Below, piece after piece: positions 40,283 to 52,584 of a stretch of DNA of 64,000 nucleotides. The position numbers and the translations under genes are program-made. The notes below the pieces were generated by a model. It made no database searches, was not told where the DNA came from, and saw nothing but the letters and a program-made list of their open reading frames with translations. How positions within the stretch are numbered: the stretch's first letter is position 1; every line of letters begins with the position of its first letter. This stretch comes from Felis catus (taxonomy: Eukaryota), in contig NC_058368.1 in NCBI RefSeq assembly GCF_018350175.1, positions 78,680,001 through 78,744,000 on the forward strand, in the 5' to 3' direction.

Positions 40283-41755
40283 TTTTTAATTGTGGTAAAA
40301 TACATCTTAAATAAAACGTCACATTTTAACTATTTAAAAAAATAATGTTTATTCATTTTTGAGAGACAGAGCATGAGCAGTGGAGGGGCAGAGGGAGAGG
40401 GAGACACAGAATCTGAAAGAAGGCTCTGAGCTGTCAGCACAGAGCTTGATGCGGGGCTCCAACTCACGGACTGTTAGATTATGACCTGAGCTGAAGTTGG
40501 ACACTTGACCGACTGACTGCTTTAAAGTGTATAGTTTAGTGGCGGTGAGCACCTTCACAATGTTGTGCATCCATCAGGACCATCTCGTTCCTGGACATTT
40601 TCACCACCCCCCACCCCGCCCCGGCCAAATGGGAACCATACCCATTAAGCAGTCACCCTACATTTACCCCTCCCCCAACCCTAATAACTGCTAATCTGCT
40701 CCCCATCTCCGTGGGTTTCCTATTGCTGATAATCCAAGTAAGTGAAATCACACAGTATGTGGCCTGTTGTCTGGTTGTTTTCACTTAGCATAATATCGTC
40801 AAGGTTAATTTGTGTTGTACGTGTAGCACTTCATTCCTGTTCATGGACGAATACTATTCCATGCTGTAGATATAATCACCTGGTTTATCCATCAGTCATT
40901 CGAGGGACATTTGAGTTGTTTCCACCTTTTGGCTGTTGTGACTAGCCCTGCTAAACGTTCATGAACAAGTAGTTGTTCAAGTACCTGTTTTCAGCTCTTT
41001 TGGGTTTATACCTGGGAGTAGGAAGGTTAGCATGGTAATCCGTATTTAACATCTTGAAGAACCATCAAAGTTACATTGCCACTTGCAGTGTGGGTGGGTT
41101 CCAGTTTCTCCACATGCTTGCCGACACTTGTTATTCTTATTTTTAAAATTTACTGTAGTCATACTAGTGAGTGTGAAGTGGTACCATTGTGGTTTTCATT
41201 TGATTTGTGTTTCCCTAATGATTAATGATGTTCAGCATTTTTATGTGCTTCGTGGTCATGTGTGTATATCGTCTCTGGAGAGCGTCCACTTAAATCTTTT
41301 AACATTTGTTCTCCGTATTTATGGGTCTGCTGGCTTAATTTTTTTATATGTTGTGAATAATGGTTCAACTTCATGCTTTTGTAGGTGGCCATCCAGTTGT
41401 CCCCGCAAGCACATTTGTTGAAGAGATGATTCCTTCCCCCATTGAATGATGTGGAATAGTCATTGACAATCTGTTAAACATCTGCGTATGGGTTTATGGG
41501 TTCTGGATTCTCAATTCTATTTCATTGGTCTGTACATCTATCCTATGCCAGTACCGCACTGTTTTGATTACTGTAGTGTTTTATTACGGGTTGAAATCAG
41601 AAAACGTGAGGCATCCAACTTTCTTTTTCTTTTCTCTCATTCTTTTTCAAGATTGTTTTGGCTATTCAGGGCCCCCTGTAATTCCATGTGAATTTTAGGA
41701 TCAGCTTTCCATGTTTTCAAAAAAAGGGGCATTGGGGTTTTCATAGGGATATATC
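40283..41755 (-). mobile_element. L1MB-like 3' fragment with nested SINE
   Basis: ttttaattgtggtaaaatac 3' end; ttcacttagcataat, ttccacctttttggctgttgtga-like, ccagtttctccacatgcttgcc and tatgccagtaccgcactgttttgattac motifs. Confidence 0.85.
40342..40516 (-). mobile_element. 5'-truncated SINEC SINE nested in L1
   Basis: Body ends at gaccgactga, lacking the terminal gccacccaggcgcccc. Confidence 0.85.
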
Positions 41756-42074
41756 ATGGCTTCCTTGATATGAAGAATGTCCTGGGAAATGAAGGAGAAA
41801 CGTGCCATCTCGTGGCACACAAGATTTTTTGTTTCTGGAGAGCATTTTTGTTCTCACTGATGTTAGCTGCTGTAGGTAGACTTACCAAAGAATGGTTATT
41901 ATTTAGTATCCAGGATTTTGAAACATTAGCACTCATTATTTTAACAGTACTGTCGCACCTTTTTTTCATTTTCTAATCTTTTAGTGTGAAACAGAACGCA
42001 CAGTAAAATTTGGCAATAAAGGTGCACCTGTGATTTATCAAAAGTGAATTTCATGGAATCCCCACCGAGCAAAC

Positions 42075-42645
42075 AAAGTAGACCATTTTCTGTACCCCGG
42101 AATGCAAGGTTGCTTTATCATTTGAAAAGTACTGTGATTTTCTACATTAGCCAAATAAAGGAACAGCAATGATATGCAATAGGTACAGAACTGCTGTAAA
42201 CCAGTAAGAAAACATACTAAAATCCACTATAAAATATTGGATAGGAGACTGGGGAACCACAGAAAAGGATCTCCCAATGACTAATACTTGTGTAAGGATT
42301 CTCAACCTTAAAACTCATGAGGGTGCTGCGAATGAAAACCACATGGAGAGAGGTCGTCCTCCCCATAAGTATGGCTCCATTAAATACCCAGTATCCAGCA
42401 TTGATGAGAACGTGGAACAATTTGAACATGGTGTATTGCTGGTGGGAGTGTAAAATGGTATAACCCACTTGTGAAAGCTCTGACAATTCCTAGTACATTC
42501 AAATCTGTGCATACTTTGTATTCTAGCACTCCCACTTCCGGGTATGTGCCCTGTAAAAATGAACACATTATTTTACAAAAAGACTTGTGCAAGAATGTTG
42601 GGAACAGCTGTATTCATAATCGACCAAACCTGGAAACATTCCGGT
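42075..42645 (+). mobile_element. Ancient L1 (L1ME-like) ORF2 3' fragment
   Basis: ttgctggtgggagtgtaaaatggta and aaaagacttgtgcaagaatgtt motifs. Confidence 0.7.
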
Positions 42646-42889
42646 GGTAGACATTTTATTCTTTCATACATTGCCTATTCTTGGACCAATTCTCAAGTGT
42701 TTTCATTTGTGATCGCTTTAAGGTACCTGGTGTCTTTCTGTGTAATACTTCACTCTATTTTTAGCTCATTGAAGAATTAAAGCATTGAAAAAAAAATTGT
42801 TGAGCCTTTCCAGTTTTCTTCAGGGAGTCTGTTGCTCCAATTTGTTGAGGCTGGCAGAGCAAACTTTGCTCATATGAAATTTCACTTTT

Positions 42890-43114
42890 TTAAAATTTTT
42901 TTTAAGGTTTATTTTTAAGGTTATTTTTGAGACAGAGAGAGACAGAGCATGAACGGGGGAGGGGCAGAGAGAGAGGGAGACACAGAATCCGAAGCAGGCT
43001 CCACGCTCTGAGCTGTCAGCACAGAGCCCAATGCAGGGCTCGAAATTACGGACCGTGAGATCATGACCTGAGCCGAAGTCGTACGCTTAACCGACTGAGC
43101 CACCCAGGCGCCCC
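42890..43114 (-). mobile_element. SINEC_Fc SINE
   Basis: TSD gaaatttcactttt at 42876-42889 and 43115-43128. Confidence 0.95.
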
Positions 43115-43439
43115 GAAATTTCACTTTTAAAATGAGTTTAAAACTCACGAATATCTGTGAGACCCTTGGAATTCACAAAATACCCTGCACTCAGTGTTGT
43201 CTGTCAGTTACCTGGTGAGGAAGACTGGAGGGGAAATAAGAAAGAATAAAAGACTACATCTACCCAACTACCAATAAATCAAGGATTAGCCTAGGATGCT
43301 TTCTACCGCTCTCTTCTGTCTGAGTTTATCTTTAGGTCGTGGTCAGTGGCATAAATACTCAGATATTTCTCTGCCCTTTGCCTTATTTTTTTTTCTTTTT
43401 TTTAAGATTTAGTTTTTTGAAACTGGCTTGTCATGATTT

Positions 43440-43595
43440 GTTTTTATTCAAGTAAAAGTAACATACAATGTGATATTAGCTTCAGGTATACAATGTAATG
43501 ATGCAACGATTCTGTGTGTTACTCCAGGGCTCCTCAGGGGACAGTAGTCTTACTGCCCTTCCCCTATTTTGCTCGCCCCCCCCCCATTCCCCTTT
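43440..43595 (-). mobile_element. Short carnivore L1 3' end
   Basis: acatacaatgtgatattagcttcaggtatacaatgtaatgat. Confidence 0.6.
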
Positions 43596-43710
43596 ACCTT
43601 ACTTTTAAAAGAGGGTAAATATTTGTTTTACTTTTCATTTCAAGTAAATCACATTTTAGTAACTTTGAAGGATGTTTTTTATATTATTTTCTGTTGTTTT
43701 TTTTTTACTG

Positions 43711-43871
43711 CCCTAAGAAGTAAAGAGAATTCTAGATTAGTAGCAACGTCAATTGTGTACCTCATGTTTTTACCTTTTTTTTTTTTTTTACCATTTTTTA
43801 CCATAAGATGTAAAGAGAATTCTAGATTAGTAGCAATGTCAATTATGTACGTCATTTGTTTTACCATTTTT
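43711..43871. repeat. Two-copy tandem duplication, period 90 bp
   Basis: taaagagaattctagattagtagcaa at 43721 and 43811, with matching flanks. Confidence 0.92.
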
Positions 43872-44949
43872 GGAAAATGAATCCTTTTTTTTTAAGCTAA
43901 GGCTACTTCTAAAATTTGAACTATAAAGCCCATTTTGAAGTTATGTGTTGTAAATTGACAGAGGATTATAGAGAAAAAATAAAAAGGAAAGCATGTATTT
44001 ATATTGTGTACATTCTGGATTTACTATACCTCCATCGCAGTCTGAACAAATAGGGTGCAGTTAACTGTGTGTGGTTGTAAAACCGTCACTTTGGGCCTGT
44101 TCTGGAATATTCAGAGAGGTAATGATTTAGGATTGGTTTAGGTACAGAGGCCACTCCTCATTCCTGCCAAGCATATAAGCACAGTAATATATGTTGAAAT
44201 TCTACAGAGCAGGTGAGTTTGATAGAAGCCTTTTTTTTTTTTAATACTTTTTCAGCTCCTTGCCAGTGATGGCCTTGAAGGTGGGGAAGGGAGGAAAGGG
44301 GTTACAAGCAACATTTGAAGAGAGAAATGGCAAATCATTTTCCAAAAAGAGTCACCATATCCAGCCAGTGTTCGAGAACTACAAATCCTTCTAATATACA
44401 ATAATTGCTTGTTTGCCTTCTATCTTCATGTGTTATTGCCCACAACATTATAAACTGTATGAAAGCAGGATTTATTCTATTCTTTTCTCTGCTATACCTC
44501 CAACTCCTGAAACAGTGCTTAGCGCATAAAAGACACGCACTGGACATTTGTTGCATTAGTCACAGCTGCACAAGAGGGTTAGGTGGGGCTTTGAATCAGC
44601 CTGGCCATGGTGATCTTGGATCTCAGTCTCACAACTTCCAGATTTTAATCAGATCCAGTTTTGACCAAGTTTAGTAGGAAAGCAGAACTCTTAAACTAAT
44701 TGCAAAGTAAAACAAAAACAAAAAGGAAAAAACAACAACAACAAAAACTCATTGCAAAGTAATACGAAATTAGCCTTAACTACCAGAAGCCCAGTAGGTC
44801 AGTATGACTAAGGTGGTCCTCAGTGCACGTGATTGATTTGTCTGTAGTTCTCTTGCTAAGCCTAGAGCCCAAACTCATCCCTGACCACCTGGGTCTCCTC
44901 TTCCAGGAGAGTGGCTGGTGGCATTCTTGAATGTCCTGTTGATGCGGGT

Positions 44950-45503
44950 TGTTGCAGGATTTTTCACCACACTACGCGGGGTTCGTTGTCTCGCCCCTTC
45001 GAAGAAGGAAGAGGGGGACACAGAATGAGCATCGGGCAGAAGTTTATTAAAAGTGTAAGATCAGAAGGGAAGAGTAGTAGCAAAGCTCTCTTTCCTGAGA
45101 GGGGACATTGGAAAGTGAACGCCAGGACTGTAGGGGAGGGTCCTTGCTTTATAAGGTTCTGGTCACCCCTCCCCCTCCGCCATCCCTTCCCCCTTGGTCC
45201 TTTTCAGGCTCTACCCTTACTGGCTGGATCGCTCTAGGTGCTGGGTTGTCCATTCCTGATGGGCTCCTTTCCATTGTAGAAGGGGTGGTCTCTGGCCATA
45301 CTTAGGTCTTTCATCAAATTCCCGAGGGAACCCTGAGGGAGAGTAGGTGGGGTCTGTTCCATTGTTAAGAGGAACCTTAAGCCTGAGGGGGTTTGCTGTG
45401 ATCACACACCCCCAGCATTGTTCCCAAATAGGTGTTTTTCCCCACCCAGGGACCTCAGGTCCTAATCTTTCCCTCTCTGCCTACTGGATCCTATCTTCTA
45501 TCA
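44950..45503 (-). mobile_element. ERV1-like solo LTR (about 554 bp)
   Basis: TGTTG...TATCA ends; minus-strand TTATAAA (45148-45154) and AATAAA (45043-45048) in U3-R-U5 order; TSD only partial (cgggt/taggt). Confidence 0.7.
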
Positions 45504-46127
45504 TAGGTAGACCTGATCCAAATCAGAAGCAACCACTTAATGTGTGACTGAGCACCTCTCCTGAATATAGAACCCAAGCAAGTCCTCAAGGCGAGCTTCA
45601 GAACCTGCTAGACCCTCTTCAGATCACTGTGGGCTGGGGTGCAAATAGGCCAGCCAGCCCTTTGGATGCTGATTTCCACTGCTTCCCACCCTTCCCAGTA
45701 TCATAATCATCAAGGTACTTTGACCTTAAAAACATATACATAATTGGGCACTTCCTGATTTTAAGAATCTGGTGACAGAACCGGGGGATTAATTTATTTT
45801 TAAGTTCTGGGAGTCGTTCTAAGCATAATGAGGGTTGAGCATCATTGCCCCAGACTTGGACTCCAGCACCACCTGAGGCCTCCCCATTGACTCGGACCTT
45901 GACCTCTCAGATCGCCCCCTAAACCAAGATTCAGCTCAGACAGGTTTGGCTAAGTATTCATTTATTGAGAATAAATAGTGTGTTCCCGTGGTTCAAGCAG
46001 TGCCAGGGGCCACGTTCTCAATGACCGATTAATGGGAAAGGATCTGCCGTGAGTTCTTAACATTGCCATGAATTCTCTTGTTCCAAGTAAGGTGTTTGGA
46101 GGTAATTTTCCAAGATTATAAAATCCT

Positions 46128-46260
46128 AGCACTTTGTCTCAAAGTGAATTTAGGTGGCCATCTGCACCAGAATCTCCTGGAGTGTGTGTTTGAAATGCAG
46201 AGTTTTGGATCCCATCCCTGGATGCCTGAATCAGTATCTGGACGTAGGACTAGGGCGTGA
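46128..46260. mobile_element. MER5A-like hAT relic
   Basis: cagaatctcctggag...gaaatgcagag...ctgaatcag. Confidence 0.6.
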
Positions 46261-46700
46261 TTCTGAAGGGTTGGGGAGAAATAGCCTTAAGTCTTTCTGG
46301 GGGGAGAAAAGTGTTAACTTTATCAATGGGCTATTGCCCTCCAGAGGTCACAGCACCTGAACAGATGGACAGAATGCCTGTGGTACTACAATTTCATGGT
46401 AGACGTTGACAGAGAAGAAGTGATAATGAAAAGTAGGTTGAGAATCACTGAACTAGAAAAATCTATATAAAAAAAAAAAAGTCATTGTTAGACATCCTAA
46501 AATTTGAGTTCTACTTAGGGCGGGGAATCCTTCCTGCTGTGCAAGTACACATGCCTGTGGTGTTAATAACCTAATCTCTATGTTCCTGCTTTCTGCTTCC
46601 CTTCCTTGTTGACATATTGATAAGATAAGCCTTTTAAAGCATTTCTTAGAAGACTATCGATTGTTATGAAAATTCTCACATCTACCTTTTTGGAAGTCTT

Positions 46701-46930
46701 TAAAATTTATTTTTTAATTTTTTTTAATGTTTATTTATTTTTGAGACAGGGACAGACAGAACATGAGCGGGGGAGGGGCAGAGACAGAGAGGGAGACACA
46801 GAATCCAAAGCAGGTTCCAGGCTCCGAGCCATCAGCACAGAGCCCGATGTGGGGCTTGAACTCACAGACCGCGAGATGATGACCTGAGCCGATGTCTGAC
46901 GCTCAACCGATGGAGCCATCCAGGCTCCCC
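46701..46930 (-). mobile_element. SINEC SINE
   Basis: TSD acctttttggaagtctt at 46684-46700 and 46932-46948. Confidence 0.95.
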
Positions 46931-47245
46931 AACCTTTTTGGAAGTCTTCAATTGATGTTTCTACCATCCTTTCAGGGGCAAAAGGACCCTGCCTTGATTT
47001 TTTGTGGTCATTCTTTGTAACTTTTTATTTAGAAATTAAATTAAACTCGCAGAAGAGTTGAGCAAATAAATCAAAAACTCCTGTACACCTCCCCACCCCC
47101 CAACCAAGCCTGCCATTTGCTGACATTTTATCACCTAAGAGTTGTCTTTTCCTCTCTCTAGAAAATGCCTTCACCGGACTTCCAACTAGAACCTCAGATT
47201 ATGGTGTGTTTCATTTATCCTTCCCTCTGTTGATTTAAAAAAAAA

Positions 47246-47439
47246 ATTAAATGATATTTATTTTTGAAAGACAGAGCACGAGCAGGGGAGGGGCAGAGAG
47301 ATAGGGAGACACAGAATCAGAAGCAGGCTCCAGGCTCCTAGCTGTCACCACAGAGCCTGACGTGGGCCTTGAACCCACAAACTGTGAGATCATGACCTGA
47401 GCTGAAGTCAGACGCTCAACCCACTGAGCCACCCAGGCA
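47246..47439 (-). mobile_element. SINEC SINE
   Basis: Near-full body; ttgattt at both flanks. Confidence 0.9.
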
Positions 47440-49196
47440 TTGATTTTACACATAAAATCTTTGTGAGTGTAGACCTGCTCTCATCATGAAAATCACATGA
47501 GCATTGATTGCTGCTGTAGTGAGGTATCCATATCAGTTCACAGGATCCCCAAAGCAGTTACTGTCCCCAGTTGCTGTCCAGTAACCATCGTAAATGTGCT
47601 GTGTGGCATCCACCCAGATAAGTCACAGTAATAGCTGGAGACTCGGAACAAGTGCTAATTACCAGCTGAACTCTTGGGTTTGGGGATTGTTGGTGATGGT
47701 GGGGACGTGGAGTGGGGACAGCCTATGCATATTCAAGTAAAGCTCCTTAGCAAAATTTTATGATGTCTTTTCATCCATTTTTTACCCCTATGGCTGAAGA
47801 TTTAAAGACCGAATGTGTCTTTTTAAATATCAAATCATGCCCCGCACACAGACATCTCGGCGGAGCTCTGTGGCAGCTTGATGGCGAAGCCACAAATATA
47901 CAATAAATGCTGAATCAGTTCCAAGCGGCGACACTATAAAAGGAAGCCTCAGCTTCATTATTCTGTTTGGTCCCCAGATGGCTGTTTTTCCTCAGGCTGT
48001 TTTCCTGCGGATTTTATTGTCACAGAAAGACACTGCCATTTCACTCGACTGGCGATTGGAGTCTCGTTATTACGAGGCTGCCGTGAACGTGTACCTTTTG
48101 GGAGAAAGTACTTTAGCCTACGTTTGGAAGGTTTACCCAAAAGGAGTGATTGGAGGGCCTGAAAATGGATTTTGACTCGTGTCTTGGTTTTGGAATTTCT
48201 CTATCCTGCTGCTGCTCTTGGCCTGTCAGACCCCAAGTACTTAGAAAAGTGCTCCGCTATGTTGGCATTGGAAACATGGACCCTCTCCTCTTTGGAAATT
48301 CTTTGTGATGAAATAATCAGGCTGCAAGTGGCATTTTCTTCATTATATCTTAGCATCTAAGTTCTTTACAATGTCTGGTTTTAACCCTTCGCAGAGACCT
48401 AGAATTTAGCTCACTCTACCGTTTGTGTGTGTGTGTGTTTATATGAAAACATGTTTATTTTGTCAATAGCTGAGTCCCCACCTTGGTCTCCACGGGCAAC
48501 CCGCTTAGCGTGCAGTCCGTGGTTTGAATTCAGGGCTGTAAATCAGCCCTTTGGGACAATAGCTCAAATTCTATGCAGGGAGAAAAACCATGCTCAAATG
48601 GTCCCCACCTCTTTTCTCCGTAGGCTGATGTGTGGCCCAAACGAGAGGGGTGGGACTTCCTTGTCTGTCACTGTGGCACAAAGTTCTGGAGCTCGTGGGT
48701 GTTGTGCCTGCCTCATCCTGGACCTTCTTGGCCCCCCTCCTTCTCGACCTCGGGCTTCCCCCACCCCGTGGTGGGCTGAGTTTACCTTCCTAGCCCCTGA
48801 GAGCCCACTGTTAAATTTTCAGGAATTTGCCAGTTGGTTGTACAGCAGGGAAACAAAGCCTATAGAAAAGTGAAAGCATACAAACTTACAGTTAGGTAGA
48901 TGGCAATAAAACCAAGGGTAACACGCAACACTCATCACTTCCTAACTAGTTCACTTAGGCCCTCGAAGTCACGTTTGTGTCTTGCGGTGAGTGCTGGAAG
49001 TGCCCCCCAATCATGTGCTGTCTCATGTGTCACATCGTTTTCCAACCCTGGGTTCGGTGACTTCTTGTTGGGGGCCTGAGATGAGAGAATTACACCACGA
49101 AAGTCGGCGTCATTTACTGTCTTACTGATCGTCTAGAATTAAGAAGTTTTGGAGGATGTGTTCATTCAGGGCTACACTTACAAATACATTATGTCA

Positions 49197-49410
49197 GGGG
49201 CACCCAGGTGGCTCAGTCAGTTAAGCGTCTGACTTCGGCTCAGGTCATGATCTCATGATTCATGAGTTTGAGCCCCGCGTTGGTCTCTGTGCTGACAGCT
49301 CAGAGCCTGGAGCCTGCTTTGGATTCTGTGTCTCCCTCTCTCTCTGCCCATCTACTGCTCATGCTCTATTTCTGTGTCTCTCAAAAATAAAAATTAAAAA
49401 ATTAAAAATA
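49197..49410 (+). mobile_element. SINEC SINE
   Basis: TSD-like aaatacattatgtca / aaatgtgttatgtca. Confidence 0.92.
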
Positions 49411-49527
49411 AATGTGTTATGTCAGCACCGAAAATGTGACAAAATATGATACATTGTCTAAAAACCCTGGTCTTACTTCCACAGATGTTTCTCAGGTCCT
49501 TGATAAGTGAGTGACATCTGACATACT

Positions 49528-49753
49528 TCAGGGGAGTCAGCGAACTTTCTGGAAAGGGCCAGATAGAAAATATGTCAGACTTTACAGGCCACATAAAGTC
49601 TATGTTGCCCAGTCTTCTTGGATTTTTTGGTTGTTTTTTTTATTTTTTATTTCTTTTCTTATGTATGCCTTGAAAATGTAAAAATCATTTTTAATTCAAA
49701 GTCTTACAAAATCTACAGCTGGATTTGGCCTGCCAGCCATAGCTTTACACCCC
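49528..49753. mobile_element. MER58-like hAT-Charlie relic
   Basis: gtcagcgaactttctggaaagggccagatag...ggatttggcctgccagccatag. Confidence 0.7.
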
Positions 49754-49944
49754 ACCCCCCACCCCCAGCTCTACTCACCAGTGTCAGTGAGAATATCTAC
49801 CCAAATGTCAAGGTCATATGCACTAATTATAGCCACAGACTGGCTGTGGATATAACAGTTCAACAAAAAGCATGAAAATTATTCTGTGAGACCAATTGGC
49901 TATATGGCATTTATAACATTCAGCGTTGTATATTTAATTATTTC

Positions 49945-50157
49945 GGGGCGCCTGGGTGGCGCAGTCGGTTAAGCGTCCGACTTCAGCCAGGTCACGATCT
50001 CGCGGTCCGGGAGTTCGAGCCCCGCGTCGGGCTCTGGGCTGATGGCTCAGAGCCTGGAGCCTGTTTCCGATTCTGTGTCTCCCTCTCTCTCTGCCCCTCT
50101 CCCGTTCATGCTCTGTCTCTCTCTGTCCCAAAAATAAATAAACGTTGAAAAAAAAAA
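49945..50157 (+). mobile_element. SINEC_Fc young subfamily
   Basis: Near-consensus body; TSD aattatttc at 49936-49944 and 50156-50164. Confidence 0.96.
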
Positions 50158-50239
50158 TTATTTCTAAGTTGTGGGTTACACAGCCTTTGTATCAGTAAAA
50201 TGTGTAGTAAACACATAAAGGCATATCTGTCTGTCCAGC

Positions 50240-50403
50240 TTTCCATCCCTCCTTCCCTCCATCCATCCCTCCCTCCATCACTCTATCCATCCTTCCCTCC
50301 CTTCATCCATCCATCCCTGCATCCACCCACCCATTCCTCCCTGCCTCCCTCCCTCCCTCCCTCCATCCCTGCATCCACCCAGATCTCCATCCCCATCCAT
50401 CCC
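50240..50403. repeat. (CCAT)/(CCCT) low-complexity pyrimidine-rich tract
   Basis: Seen directly. Confidence 0.85.
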
Positions 50404-50648
50404 AGTACGCCGGTGCGGCTCCCCCTGCCTCTTGATTACTCATCCATGTTCTGCACCCTACAGACTGCTCTCCCTGGTTGTGGTGTCAGTGCTCCATAGA
50501 CACCCCCCCCATGCCATGTAGCTCAGACTCCCGCTGTGTCCCCGCCTGCCTAGTGTGTTCTTTATCTTCCATAACAAAGCTGTGCACGCTCACTGCTGTG
50601 ACTGCCACCCCACTGCCTGATCGTGAATCCGCTTTCAGAATTCATCTA

Positions 50649-50855
50649 TTTTTTAAAACGGTTATTTTTGAGAGAGAGAGGGAGCCAGAGAGAAAGTGTG
50701 AGTGTGAGTGGGGCGGGAGGGGGGTGGGTCACAGGATCTGAAGCTGGCCCTGCGCTGACAGCACAGAGCCCGATGTGGGGCTTGAACTCATGAACCATGA
50801 GATCATGACCTGAGCCGAAGTAGGATGCTTAACCGACTGAGCCACTTAGGCACCC
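50649..50855 (-). mobile_element. SINEC SINE
   Basis: Reverse-complemented head and body. Confidence 0.88.
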
Positions 50856-50906
50856 TGCATTCAGTACTTACACAGAGGGTGGGAGCAAGAGACCCCTTCA
50901 GGCCTT

Positions 50907-51282
50907 TGTGTTTCCCTCCAGCAGCCGCTGTAACAGACATGCTGTAGACCAGGGCCTTAAACAACAGACACTTATTCCTCGCGGTTCTGGAGGCCAGAAA
51001 GTCCAAGATCAAGGTGCCAGCAGATGTGGCCGCTGCTGAGGGCTGCTTCCTCATTTATGGATGGCCTCCTTCTCACTGTGTCCCCACAGGACAGAGAGGG
51101 TGAGCTGTGGTCTCTTCGTACCCGAATAAGGGCACTAATCCCACCAGGAGGTCTTGGTCCTCATTACCTCCCTCATTCCCATCTAATCAGCCCCCGGCAG
51201 CCCCCTTCCTGATCTGGTCACCTTGGGGGCTGCGGCTTCAACACAGGAATTCGGGAAGCACACACACATTCAGCCCATATTA
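50907..51282 (-). mobile_element. MaLR solo LTR (MLT1A-like)
   Basis: ttaaacaacagacacttatt...gtccaagatcaaggtgccagcaga...ataagggcactaatccca. Confidence 0.8.
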
Positions 51283-52092
51283 TGCTTAGCTCATGAATCT
51301 TTTCAAATCCTTTGCTTGAAACCCTGTCATCTACTTTGTTGCCCACAAACTGGTGTCTGAATCCTGTAGGGTCTCCTGCCTTATCCTTTTCACCCCTTTC
51401 ATGGTTGGCACATAACACACGCATCCTCTGGGTGAATGCTGCAAGGTTGGGGTTCTTTATGTCCTACGCTTACATTCGACGTTTAAAAATCAGAAGGTTT
51501 TGAGAAAATTGAGAACAAACCTTAAGTTATGGATTCTAAAGTCTGTTATTATGGGGTTTTGTGACTTAGAATAATTATACTAATAGGAATCCTTTGGAGA
51601 TCGGTACCCAGTGCCGGGGGCACAATGAATATGCCGTACTGTCGTCCTCTTTCCGTTCTCTCAGGGCCCCCATGACCTGAGTCCAGTGACTGTCCGTTAT
51701 TTTGATCTGACAGAACACGGAGGCACAGAGGATTCAGTCGCTCTCCCATTGGGGCCAAGCCCCAGAGCCAAGCCTGTGGAACCCCAAGGCCAGGGTGTCA
51801 CCGGCTCCTATTATGTGTAACTCACTACACATCTGCAAGGTGGATTCGATTCAAGAAATCTAATGGCGTTTTACACATGTCATAAGTGATATAATCTGCC
51901 TCCTACTGTATTTGTAGTTCAAGAGCTTGGCTGTAGAAGCTGTAAACGCACTCTATAGATATTAGTTAATTCAAGATGAATATGTACATTTGTTAAAAAA
52001 ATAAACATTCAGGGAAAAGTGCTATTCATCTTCTGAGGAAAGCATTGATACACATGTTGAATTCACTTTCTGTTGTCGGCAATGGACTTTTC

Positions 52093-52326
52093 TTTTTTCT
52101 TTTTTTTTTTTTAATTTTTTTTTCAACATTTATTTATTTTTGGGACAGAGAGAGACAGAGCATGAACGGGGGAGGGGCAGAGAGTGAGGGAGACACAGAA
52201 TCGGAAACAGGCCCCAGGCTCTGAGCCATCAGCCCAGAGCCTGACGCGGGGCTCGAACTGCTGGACCGCGAGATCGTGACCTGGCTGAAGTCGGACGCTT
52301 AACCGACTGCGCCACCCAGGCGCCCC
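52093..52326 (-). mobile_element. SINEC_Fc young subfamily
   Basis: TSD ggcaatggacttttc at 52078-52092 and 52327-52341. Confidence 0.96.
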
Positions 52327-52358
52327 GGCAATGGACTTTTCAAAATTAAGGGTAAGAA

Positions 52359-52584
52359 GGGGCGCTGGGGTGGCTCCGTCGGTTAAGTGTCTGACCCTTG
52401 ATTTCGGCTCAGGTCATGATCTCACGATTCCTGAGTTCAAGGAACATCGGGCTCTGCGCTGATGGTACAGAACAGAGCCTGCTTGGGATCCTCTCTCTCT
52501 GCCTCTCCCCTATTCATCCATTCATTCATTCATTCTCTCTCTCTCTTTCTCAAAAGTAAATAAATTAACATTTAAAAATACTTA
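52359..52584 (+). mobile_element. Older SINEC SINE
   Basis: TSD aaaattaagggtaagaa at 52342-52358 and 52585-52601. Confidence 0.93.

Noticed and set aside
43711..43871. CRISPR-like repeat-spacer array
   Set aside because: Only two units, the intervening sequence is also duplicated, and the context is mammalian.
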